From Opitutales bacterium (GTDB lineage Bacteria > Verrucomicrobiota > Verrucomicrobiia > Opitutales > PNEW01), in contig CBDANS010000007.1 of assembly GCA_965197745.1 (NCBI GenBank), positions 1,920,001-1,984,000 of the forward strand: 64,000 nucleotides of DNA, in the 5' to 3' direction. Below the pieces are notes generated by a model that saw only the letters and a program-made list of their open reading frames with translations, made no database searches and was not told the DNA's origin. Shown in pieces: positions 50,642 to 59,469 of the stretch. Position 1 is the stretch's first letter. Every line of letters begins with the position of its first letter. A program made the translations under genes and the position numbers.

Positions 50642-51445
50642 ATGGCAGCTACAGATGTCACATTGAAAAAAACTTCTTTCGGTCAAACCATGCGCCCAGA
50701 CACCTGGTGGGTGCAACCCCTTATTATTTTTCTCGGTTTGTCATTATTCATTGTCTACGCAACGTGGGCGGCATTTCAGGGTGAACACTATAGCTCGGGT
50801 CCTTATCTTTCACCCTTTTATTCACCCGAGTTTTTTGGCGACTCCTCTCACAGCTGGTTTGGTCCCAAACCTGGTTGGTGGCCACTCTGGCTTCCATGGT
50901 CGCCGGCATTTCTAATTCTCTGGGCCCCTGCCGGATTTCGCCTGACCTGCTATTATTACCGCGGAGCTTATTATAAGGCTTTCTGGGCAGATCCTCCATC
51001 CTGCACCGTAAGTGAACCAAGAAAGTCCTACCGCGGTGAAAATTCCTTGCCCCTCATATTGCAGAATGCGCACCGCTATTTTCTCTATCTCGCTCTCATC
51101 TTTCTCATTATTCTTTCCTATGATGTATGGAAGGCGCTTTGGTTTGTCGACCCACTTAGCGGGGAGGTTTCTTTTGGAATCGGGCTGGGTACTGTTGTTC
51201 TTGCCATTAATGTTATTCTGCTCAGCGGCTACACCCTGGGCTGTCACTCCCTGAGGCATCTCGTCGGTGGCTTCCTCGACCAAATATCCAAGTCCCCGGT
51301 TAGACAACGCGCCTACGGCTGTGTGAGTTGCTTGAATCGACAACATATGTTTTGGGCCTGGCCAAGCCTTTTGTGGGTCTTATTCGCCGATGTTTATGTT
51401 CGTTTATGCTCTATGGGGATTTGGGCCGATTGGAGGTTTTTTTAG
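50642..51445 (+). CDS. Membrane anchor of Sdh1-type succinate dehydrogenase (Rv0249c-like)
   Basis: Multi-TM protein with YLSPFYSP, FRLTCYYYR, HRYF and GCHSLRH motifs, directly upstream of sdhA. Confidence 0.82.
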   Translation: MAATDVTLKKTSFGQTMRPDTWWVQPLIIFLGLSLFIVYATWAAFQGEHYSSGPYLSPFYSPEFFGDSSHSWFGPKPGWWPLWLPWSPAFLILWAPAGFRLTCYYYRGAYYKAFWADPPSCTVSEPRKSYRGENSLPLILQNAHRYFLYLALIFLIILSYDVWKALWFVDPLSGEVSFGIGLGTVVLAINVILLSGYTLGCHSLRHLVGGFLDQISKSPVRQRAYGCVSCLNRQHMFWAWPSLLWVLFADVYVRLCSMGIWADWRFF

Positions 51446-53268
51446 TGACTGAGTTCCAGACATTTGAACATGATGTCCTGGTAATCGGAGCTGGGGGGGC
51501 GGGGTTGAGAGCTGCGATCGAGGCCTCAGCCAGTGGTGTATCGGTAGGATTGATTTGTAAATCACTACTCGGAAAAGCGCACACCGTAATGGCTGAAGGG
51601 GGCATTGCCGCAGCTTTGGGAAATGTAGATAACCGCGATAACTGGAAGGTTCACTTTTCTGACACAATGCGAGGGGGCCAGTATATAAACAATTGGCGCA
51701 TGGCGGAGCTGCATGCGAGAGAAGCCCCTGAGCGTGTTCGCGAACTGGAGGCATGGGGCGCAGCCTTCGACCGCACGAAGGATGGCCGTATTCTGCAAAG
51801 AAACTTTGGAGGCCATAAATACCCGCGATTAGCGCATGTCGGGGACCGCACAGGATTAGAGATGATACGCACCCTTCAGGACCACGGAATTCACCAGGGG
51901 TTTGAAGTCTACATGGAATATACCGTTCTAAGCCTCCTCCAGGAAGGCGGTCATATTTCTGGCACTGTTGCCTACACCCGTGAACGCGGGCGATTTATCG
52001 TTTTCAAAGCTAAAGCCGTCATCTTAGCCACAGGTGGAATTGGAAAAGCCTATAAAATTTCCAGCAATAGTTGGGAATGTACAGGAGATGGCCATGCCCT
52101 CGCTTATCATGCCGGCGCTGAATTAATTGACATGGAATTTGTCCAATTTCACCCCACTGGTATGGTTTGGCCTCCAAGCGTGAGTGGAATACTCGTTACC
52201 GAAGGCGTTCGGGGCGAAGGCGGCATTCTCCTTAATAATGAAGGGCGGCGTTTCATGTTCGATGAAATCCCCGAAAACTATAAAGCCCAAACCGCAGATA
52301 ATCCTGAGGAAGGTTGGCGCTACACACAGGGTGATAAATCCGCACGCCGCCCGCCGGAGTTGCTTACCCGTGATCACACCGCTCGCTGCATCGTAAAAGA
52401 AATCAAGGAAGGCCGAGGGAGCCCTCACGATGGCGTCTACCTGGACATCTCATGGGTAAAAGAAAAACTCTCCAATTCAAGCGAGCACATAATGAGAAAA
52501 CTTCCCAGCATGTATCATCAATTCAAACAATTGGCCGACATTGATATCACGCAGGAAAAGATGGAAGTCGGGCCCACTACCCATTACGTGATGGGAGGAA
52601 TCCATGTCGATGCGGAATCCCAAAAATCTTCCGTCCCCGGTCTCTTCGCCTGCGGAGAATGCGCAGCAGGAATCAACGGGGCCAATCGTCTTGGGGGTAA
52701 CTCCTTATCAGATCTTCTGGTCCTCGGTAAACGAGCTGGTGAATTCGCCGCAGAATATGCTAAGGAAAATAACCTTGGGGCTATCAACCCCCAAGAGGTA
52801 GAGGTGATTACAAAGCAGGCAGTAGAACCCTTTGAGCGCGAAGTCGGCTCGGAAAATACCGAAAACGCCTATTACATTCAAAATGATCTCCAGGAATTAA
52901 TGCAGAATCTCGTAGGCATTGTGAGAAATGAAGAGGAGATGGTCAGCGCCCTTGAAGGGATCGAAAACCTTTGGCATAGAACGAAACAAACTGCCGTAAG
53001 TGGCAACCGGGATTACAATCCCGGCTGGCACACCGCTCTCGATTTACAAAACCTGCTCACTGTCTCTGAAACGATCACCCGGTCTGCTATCGAACGTAAA
53101 GAAAGCCGTGGGGCTCACTTCCGGGAAGATTATCCCGAAAAAGAGGATGCCTTTAGCAAATTCAACATCGTCGTGCAAAAAGCAGAAGATGGTTCGATGC
53201 GAATCAGCCATAAACCCATTATCGAGATGCCGGATAATCTTAAATTAATTATCGGGGAGATGAAGTAA
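51445..53268 (+). CDS. sdhA: Succinate dehydrogenase/fumarate reductase flavoprotein
   Basis: GAGGAG, AHTVMAEGG (covalent FAD His), QFHPT, HYVMGG, GANRLGGNSL and ESRGAH. GTG start at 51445 after GGAGG. Confidence 0.93.
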   Translation: MTEFQTFEHDVLVIGAGGAGLRAAIEASASGVSVGLICKSLLGKAHTVMAEGGIAAALGNVDNRDNWKVHFSDTMRGGQYINNWRMAELHAREAPERVRELEAWGAAFDRTKDGRILQRNFGGHKYPRLAHVGDRTGLEMIRTLQDHGIHQGFEVYMEYTVLSLLQEGGHISGTVAYTRERGRFIVFKAKAVILATGGIGKAYKISSNSWECTGDGHALAYHAGAELIDMEFVQFHPTGMVWPPSVSGILVTEGVRGEGGILLNNEGRRFMFDEIPENYKAQTADNPEEGWRYTQGDKSARRPPELLTRDHTARCIVKEIKEGRGSPHDGVYLDISWVKEKLSNSSEHIMRKLPSMYHQFKQLADIDITQEKMEVGPTTHYVMGGIHVDAESQKSSVPGLFACGECAAGINGANRLGGNSLSDLLVLGKRAGEFAAEYAKENNLGAINPQEVEVITKQAVEPFEREVGSENTENAYYIQNDLQELMQNLVGIVRNEEEMVSALEGIENLWHRTKQTAVSGNRDYNPGWHTALDLQNLLTVSETITRSAIERKESRGAHFREDYPEKEDAFSKFNIVVQKAEDGSMRISHKPIIEMPDNLKLIIGEMK

Positions 53269-53270
53269 TC

Positions 53271-54011
53271 TTGAAAGCAACCTTCAGCATCTGGCGCGGA
53301 GACAAAAGTGGTGGTAAGTTTATCGACTACGAAACTGTGATCTCAGAAGGGATGGTCGTTCTCGATGCTATTCATCAAATCCAGGCAGAACATGCCAATG
53401 ATCTCGCCTGTCGCTGGAATTGCAAAGCCGGTAAATGCGGGTCATGTTCTGCTGAAGTTAACGGCATGCCAAAGTTGATGTGTATGACACGACTTAATGA
53501 TGTCCCCCTCGATAAACCCGTTACTGTTGAACCGATGAAAGCCTTTCCCTTAATAAAAGATTTGATCACTGATGTGTCATGGAATTTTCAGGTGAAAAAA
53601 AGTATAAGAAAATTTAAACCCCGCTCCCCTGATGATGCGGATGGCACGTGGCGTGTTGCGCAAGAAAACATTGACCGCGTACAGGAGTTTCGCAAATGTA
53701 TCGAATGCTTTCTTTGCCAGGATGTATGTCATGTCTTGCGAGAGCATACCCTGCACGATGAGTTTATTGGCCCACGAGCCCTTGTCTACGTGGCTGCTCT
53801 TGAAATGCATCCGCTGGATACCGAAAAGAGAACTGAGGAGTTAAAAAAAGCTCATGGTATCGGTTACTGTAATATCACAAAATGCTGCACCCATGTCTGT
53901 CCTGAAGAAATAACAATTACCGACAATGCCATCATTCCCCTCAAAGAACGTGTGGTCGATGAATTTTATGATCCAATCACCCGTTTTTTGAGTCGCTTCA
54001 GGTCTGAATAA
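53271..54011 (+). CDS. sdhB: Succinate dehydrogenase/fumarate reductase Fe-S subunit
   Basis: CKAGKCGSC...C, CIECFLCQDVC and CNITKCCTHVCP cluster motifs. Confidence 0.93.
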   Translation: MKATFSIWRGDKSGGKFIDYETVISEGMVVLDAIHQIQAEHANDLACRWNCKAGKCGSCSAEVNGMPKLMCMTRLNDVPLDKPVTVEPMKAFPLIKDLITDVSWNFQVKKSIRKFKPRSPDDADGTWRVAQENIDRVQEFRKCIECFLCQDVCHVLREHTLHDEFIGPRALVYVAALEMHPLDTEKRTEELKKAHGIGYCNITKCCTHVCPEEITITDNAIIPLKERVVDEFYDPITRFLSRFRSE

Positions 54012-54029
54012 TCAATATATATAAACCCG

Positions 54030-54533
54030 ATGTCAGCGTTAAAGCTAAAACCAATAAGTAGAGATTCTATTCCCTCCGCATTAAAAAAAGTAACGCGGTA
54101 TCGCTTGCTCAATGAATCAGTTGCCGCAGAAAGTATTTGCCTCGATGTTTTAGAAATTGAACCCGAAAATCAAGAGGCGTTGATTCTTCTCTTACTGGCA
54201 ATGACCGATCAATATCTTGAGGGATACAATGTCAGTAAAAAACGCATTCAAGAAGTCCTTGACCGCATAAGCGACAACTATGAACGCAACTATTACGCGG
54301 GGATTGCTTGTGAAAAACGCGCCAAGGCACAGCTTGATAAAAATTCTCCCGGTTCAAATTTTGTCGCATATGATTTATTTCACGACGCCATGGATTGGTA
54401 TGATAAAGCCGAACCGCTGCGCCCCACCGGGAACGATGATGCTGTCCTTCGCTGGAACACCTGTGCCCGTTTAATTATGCGCCATAAACTCGTCCCCAAA
54501 ACGGAAGAAAAGATTATAACCCTTTTAGAATAA
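54030..54533 (+). CDS. Hypothetical all-helical (TPR-like) protein in the sdh operon
   Basis: Starts 18 bp after sdhB; RYRLLNE..AESIC.DVL..EPEN..A..LLL helical pattern and DDAVLRWN. Confidence 0.75.
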   Translation: MSALKLKPISRDSIPSALKKVTRYRLLNESVAAESICLDVLEIEPENQEALILLLLAMTDQYLEGYNVSKKRIQEVLDRISDNYERNYYAGIACEKRAKAQLDKNSPGSNFVAYDLFHDAMDWYDKAEPLRPTGNDDAVLRWNTCARLIMRHKLVPKTEEKIITLLE

Positions 54534-54873
54534 AAGGGTTACGCTGTAAACGAATAGCTAATCTCCCGATCCCCCGAACACTATTCTACAGCCATAAACT
54601 TTATCTTATGGGGTGCAGAGAGAAAGGCATTAATGTACCCCATGATGTCTCTCCCACAAGGTGACAGCGGAAGCGAAGCTTGGCCATCCAGAGAACTTTG
54701 GTAAAACCTGTGGTATGAATTAATGAAGGTTCGGCCACACCATAATCACACACTTCTACTTAGCTGCCCACTATAAATAAACAAACTCCGGATTTTCATT
54801 CGCTATAGCTGACCCCCAAATCTTCACCTTCAAGGTTATCGCTTACCGCCAGATATGACATATCGCTTATGCC

Positions 54874-55152
54874 TTACTTCATGCTAAATCCATTTAGCTC
54901 TGCAGGACGATGCGCATTCCTTTTTTCTACATCTCTAATAAACACATCCATCTGGTCTATAATTTCAGCGATAAACTTTTCAACCTCCATTTCACTCCCC
55001 TCAGCTTCAAGTAAAACACGTCCATCGGGAAGATTTTCAACGAAGCCACAGACTTCAAATTCACGGGCACTTTTAATACATTGATAGCGAAATCCCACCC
55101 CCTGTACTTTACCCTTAAAATATACACGACAATGAAAAACGTCCATATTCAT
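54874..55152 (-). CDS. acyP: Acylphosphatase
   Basis: GKVQGVGFR and GFVENLPDGRV; about 92 aa from the ATG at 55152. Confidence 0.93.
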   Translation of the reverse strand: MNMDVFHCRVYFKGKVQGVGFRYQCIKSAREFEVCGFVENLPDGRVLLEAEGSEMEVEKFIAEIIDQMDVFIRDVEKRNAHRPAELNGFSMK

Positions 55153-55326
55153 TGGTGCAAAGAGAGTTACCTTCTTATTAACAAAAGGCCAAACAATTTT
55201 CACTTGACGGGCTTAGACCTTTTTCATGCCATACGTGCAGCAATTAGAAAAGCGTTTGTCACCTGCTTTTGATCAATTTTTTAAACATTAACATAAGGTT
55301 CCTGGAACCTGAGGCCGATAAGACCT

Positions 55327-56040
55327 ATGAGCAACTTTGATTTTGAAAATTACTCGGAAGGTGAATGGGAAGATCGCGGTGAAACTGTGTGGAGCGAATT
55401 CGATTGGCAGCAATACCTCCAACAAAACGACCGGGATATCGAGAAGTTTCGTTCCTGTTATGATAAGGTTAAAAAAAAATCTGATCCAGTAACCGAGGCC
55501 GCTTCTTTAATGGGATGGGACCTTGAAGACTGGTCACACATCGATCTTACTTACGATGACCCCAATAATGGCTTGGGTGATATCAGCGGAAAAATGCGTG
55601 AAGATGAAGAATCAGAATATGATGACCTGGATCCCTATACTCTACATAGACACCCTGTTTTCATCGTTACACGAGGGCTTCACCTCGACTTGAAAAAAAA
55701 CTGGGAAGCATACATGAAACAATATCCCCGTGCATTCAGCCCGGATTTATCCTGGCAATACAGCAATGCCATTCATCACGGGGAAATAAATGCAGTCCTT
55801 TCAATCCAGGCAATTGACATGGGAGATTACTCACTCGCGATCTGTCTTCTCAAATCAGCCTTAAGCGCTCTCAATCAGTTGATTAGCATAATTCAGCAGT
55901 TGCCGGATAACAGTCCTGAAGTAGCAGCATATTTTAAAAAAGATTCTTTAAAACGCCTTTTTGATTTACGTGAAGTGTGGTTGCGAATGATGAGCGAGTG
56001 TCGTGAAGAATTGCAGCGTCGTTACCAGGACGGGGAATAG
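55327..56040 (+). CDS. Hypothetical acidic helical protein
   Basis: 237-aa ORF with a W/E/D-rich N-terminus, 11 bp upstream of the next gene. Confidence 0.7.
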   Translation: MSNFDFENYSEGEWEDRGETVWSEFDWQQYLQQNDRDIEKFRSCYDKVKKKSDPVTEAASLMGWDLEDWSHIDLTYDDPNNGLGDISGKMREDEESEYDDLDPYTLHRHPVFIVTRGLHLDLKKNWEAYMKQYPRAFSPDLSWQYSNAIHHGEINAVLSIQAIDMGDYSLAICLLKSALSALNQLISIIQQLPDNSPEVAAYFKKDSLKRLFDLREVWLRMMSECREELQRRYQDGE

Positions 56041-56051
56041 TTGTCTTAGTC

Positions 56052-56867
56052 ATGTCACTCTGGAAAGAAATTCGTCAGCTTTTATCGCGCAATGCGCATC
56101 CTCGACCGACTCTTCGCAAGCAGTTGCGCCTAGCGGCACGAGGTGACCAGACCGCCTACCTCCATCTCGTAGACCATTATTTGAACTTCACCACTGAGTA
56201 CATTTACCTCAATGGGGTAACTCCTCCCTCAGAAGTTTACAGCCAATCGATAAAATTGTTTTTTACTCTCTGGGAACGACTGCCTTTTACTTCACGATTA
56301 TCTGATTTTGAGCGAATGCTTGCACTTTCCCTGATTAAGGAGAAATCAACTTTGGCCATTCCGAAAAGCGCTTTGGACGGGAATATAATGAAGACCTTAC
56401 CCCTTTTTCGATTTTTACTTATTACCCATGAAATGGAAAACTGGCAACATCATTGGATAGGTCTGGCCTGTCGATTGAAAAGAAAAGATTTAGAGGATCG
56501 TCTATTGTCGATGCGTTGTGAATTTTGTGGGATCAATGCTACCTTGCTGGAAGAGGATGAAAAACATTGCCTCGAAGCAATTGTCCGAGATTTGGACTCC
56601 GCTATCGCCCTCAAAGAGCGGGCTGCCCTCTGCAAAAAAATCAAGCGCTATCCCAAAATAAAAAATTTTAAATCTGATTGGCTCAACCTCAGATGTGAGA
56701 TCGTCGAGCTTCGGCAGGAAATTAGATTATCCAATGAGGATCGTGATCGATTTTTAATGGAACTCGGAAATAACCTGCATTCAGCAAAAATACTCCAGCC
56801 TCAGTGGGTTGAACGCATGTTTAACAGCATCCATTTCGAGAGCTTTCCCGATGTCAGAGCTGGCTGA
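56052..56867 (+). CDS. Hypothetical protein resembling a degenerate ECF sigma factor fused to an anti-sigma-like domain
   Basis: ARGDQTAYLHLVDHY (sigma2-like), LPLFRFLLITHEMENW...RLLSMR (sigma4-like) and DLDSAIALKERAAL (zf-HC2-like without ligands). Confidence 0.55.
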   Translation: MSLWKEIRQLLSRNAHPRPTLRKQLRLAARGDQTAYLHLVDHYLNFTTEYIYLNGVTPPSEVYSQSIKLFFTLWERLPFTSRLSDFERMLALSLIKEKSTLAIPKSALDGNIMKTLPLFRFLLITHEMENWQHHWIGLACRLKRKDLEDRLLSMRCEFCGINATLLEEDEKHCLEAIVRDLDSAIALKERAALCKKIKRYPKIKNFKSDWLNLRCEIVELRQEIRLSNEDRDRFLMELGNNLHSAKILQPQWVERMFNSIHFESFPDVRAG

Positions 56868-56933
56868 TTTTCAGCGATAAAGCAGTCTGTTCACTGATAC
56901 CGCTTATCATATTCAGTAATCTACTTATTGGCG

Positions 56934-56972
56934 ATTTCAAATAAGCCTTCCGCTATAGGCTTTTCTTGAAAT
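56934..56972. terminator. Probable bidirectional terminator hairpin
   Basis: ATTTCAA..AAGCCT-N8-AGGCTT..TTGAAAT between convergent genes. Confidence 0.5.
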
Positions 56973-57027
56973 AATAAATCATTTATGCCTCCAAGAGCGA
57001 TTGATTAGGGACCCTGCGGCTTATCCC

Positions 57028-58482
57028 CTAATCGCTACTTTGAAGTGGCTTCAGCTTCCTCGCCATCTCCTGACGCAGGTCTTTAATTTGATTTTCGTAA
57101 TTCTCACGCGTTCTCGCGAGATTTGTGGATAAGTTTTCGTAGATACGCCGGTTCGACTCATGAAGCTGCCGTTCCGCCTCTTTACACAGCGCATCGATTT
57201 TACTTTCTTGCAGCGCTTCTGTTTCCTTTACTTTGGATGACAACTCCCTTCTCAATGTCTGTGCCTGTTGTCTCGCATACTCTTTCAGGGAATCATATCC
57301 GTTATCGCTATTGCCGTGCTTATAAGTCCGGAGTCGGGACATTCCACTTGCTAAATTATCCTGCATGTGCCGGTTCGATTCATGAATACGCTTCTCCGCT
57401 TCTTTACGTAAATCTTCAATTTTAGTGTTTTGTACTTTTCCAGCTTCTATAATACTCGCTGATAATTCTTTTTTTATGACTCGCGTCTGTTCTTTTGTAA
57501 ATTCTCTCAATGCCTCAATCTCTTTATCTTCGAGATTTCGAGATCCCGCGCTCACGGTTGCAATATTTTCCTTTAAGCGGCGCATACTTTCAGCAAGTTT
57601 TCGGGCATAATCATGGCGGATATTTTCTAACTTTTTATCCTGAACACGGTTCATCTGTTCGATGACTTGCAAAAGCTCATTCCGCATTCTCTTATCACCT
57701 GTATCCAACTTTTCCGCCGTTGTATTTCTTAACTGTTCACATTCAGCAATCAACCGATGTTCCGTTTTTTCCAGAATTTCTCGGGTGATTCTCTCGCTGC
57801 GGCTCTCCATCTTTCCAGTAATAGACGAGGCCATTAAATTTAAAGCCCGGTGATTTTCTCGGCGTATGTGATCTTCATGTTCCCTTAAGTCTTTAATCCC
57901 TACCCCATATTCCTCCTGTTTTTTAGAGACAGCGTATACCGCTTGCAATCTTGTATCTAACTCCTTGATCGTTTGATTTATATAAGTGTCTAACCGCTGG
58001 CGCAATTGACTATTGGTCTCTTCCAGGTGCTGGGTTGATTGACGGCGAAAATTATCCACACTGCTGGCAAACATACGCCGCGTAGATTTTGTTATACTCT
58101 CTCTCTCCGTCTGCACTTTTCTGCTAATATCATTAATCTCTCTTCGGCTTTCCAGACGATGTTCGTTTAATCTCAAATTAAATGCTTCCTCAATATTCTC
58201 TACCGCTTCCTCAAATCCATGATGAAAGTGATAGCCCTGGGCCCGCTGATCATCGTCATAGCGCCGTCTCTCCGTCATTATTTGTTTTTCAAAGAGCTGA
58301 ATGGTCCTGGCTGTTGTATAGATCAAGAGAAAAACGGCTATGGCTGCGCCACCCGCCATATAGGCCCAGTTATACCGTATATCAAGTAGAGACATGCTCA
58401 GGAGCACAGGCACCGAGAAGGCAAAAATATACGCCCATGCGGGAAATAAATCCGCTAAATAAACAGAGATCTTCTTATTCAT
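57028..58482 (-). CDS. Hypothetical 2-TM anchored long coiled-coil protein (module copy 2, gene B)
   Basis: Start MNKKIS overlaps the upstream stop by 8 nt; two N-terminal TM helices followed by ~420 aa of E/K/R/Q-rich helix. Confidence 0.8.
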   Translation of the reverse strand: MNKKISVYLADLFPAWAYIFAFSVPVLLSMSLLDIRYNWAYMAGGAAIAVFLLIYTTARTIQLFEKQIMTERRRYDDDQRAQGYHFHHGFEEAVENIEEAFNLRLNEHRLESRREINDISRKVQTERESITKSTRRMFASSVDNFRRQSTQHLEETNSQLRQRLDTYINQTIKELDTRLQAVYAVSKKQEEYGVGIKDLREHEDHIRRENHRALNLMASSITGKMESRSERITREILEKTEHRLIAECEQLRNTTAEKLDTGDKRMRNELLQVIEQMNRVQDKKLENIRHDYARKLAESMRRLKENIATVSAGSRNLEDKEIEALREFTKEQTRVIKKELSASIIEAGKVQNTKIEDLRKEAEKRIHESNRHMQDNLASGMSRLRTYKHGNSDNGYDSLKEYARQQAQTLRRELSSKVKETEALQESKIDALCKEAERQLHESNRRIYENLSTNLARTRENYENQIKDLRQEMARKLKPLQSSD

Positions 58483-59296
58483 TAATATAAAGTATTTTAC
58501 CCAGCAGGAATGGCTTGCAGAGTGACCCATGGGTCACCGCCACCCATTTTTTATTTTCCAATTGTGCTTCTATGGTTATGGCCGTAGTTCCTTGCGAAAT
58601 CTTCAATGAGAATTCAAATCCGGAATGGAGAATCTCATCCTCCTGCTCAAACATATAATCTAATTCTCTTCTTTCGATAAAAAATCGGCTGTCAAATAAT
58701 TCTTCGTCAATTTTGCAACGTAAGTTTCGAATCTTAGAACGATCTTTTGAAAAGCACCACCCGCGCAAACGGGTATTATTTCCGTTGGATTTATAATTCT
58801 CCGGCTCATCTATTTGAAAACAAAATCCGTGATTTACTCGATAGCTTCTCCCATTTTCAGTTTTATTTATAATACTGCTGCCCCCCATCTCTTCGGGGTT
58901 CATAAAAGCGATTTCTACAATGGCGAGCCATTCGTCAGTATCTGCTTTTTGGGCTTCGAGGATAAATGTCGATTTGTCACTGGAGGTGGGTACCGAGACA
59001 TCAAAACCTGAATGGATAATCGCTAATTCTTCTCCGAGCACTAACAATTCGGACCTTTTAATCCCGTAGTTACCATTGTATTCAGAGTCAGATGTTCGGT
59101 AACGGATTGCCGATACTTCGGTTAAGTTTTTATCAAAGCACCACCCGCTAATATTTACTATCCCCTCTTTAAGGGTTGATCTACGCACCCATTCAATCTC
59201 GAAAATGAAATCGTTATCTCCTTCGTACCCGATGCCTTTTGGAGTCATCGGTACATTCGGGCTTAACCTGGGTAACAATATATCTTCACCATGCAT
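58475..59296 (-). CDS. Hypothetical protein with two GWCF...R.EL...HSGF beta-domain repeats (module copy 2, gene A)
   Basis: Internal repeat is visible by eye; paralog of 60458..61264; no signal peptide. Confidence 0.8.
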   Translation of the reverse strand: MHGEDILLPRLSPNVPMTPKGIGYEGDNDFIFEIEWVRRSTLKEGIVNISGWCFDKNLTEVSAIRYRTSDSEYNGNYGIKRSELLVLGEELAIIHSGFDVSVPTSSDKSTFILEAQKADTDEWLAIVEIAFMNPEEMGGSSIINKTENGRSYRVNHGFCFQIDEPENYKSNGNNTRLRGWCFSKDRSKIRNLRCKIDEELFDSRFFIERRELDYMFEQEDEILHSGFEFSLKISQGTTAITIEAQLENKKWVAVTHGSLCKPFLLGKILYINE

Positions 59297-59469
59297 GAGA
59301 GCAACAGATGGAAAACCTCACAGGCTATCATATATAACATTATTATTTCAATGCTTAAATTAAACCATGGATAATTGCACCCTGAGGTCTAAGATAAAAT
59401 AAAGTTATCCTGCCTTTCTTCTCCTTTTTAATCTCTTTTTTGTTATTCTTTTTAAGCCGGTGCTTTTTT

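Noticed and set aside
51328..51444. ORF-track N-terminal extension of sdhA
   Set aside because: It overlaps the anchor gene; the GTG at 51445 has a GGAGG SD and abuts the upstream stop.
54661..54690. SRP RNA helix-8-like GGAA tetraloop
   Set aside because: It lacks the conserved CAGG...AGCAG symmetric loop and the long enclosing stem.
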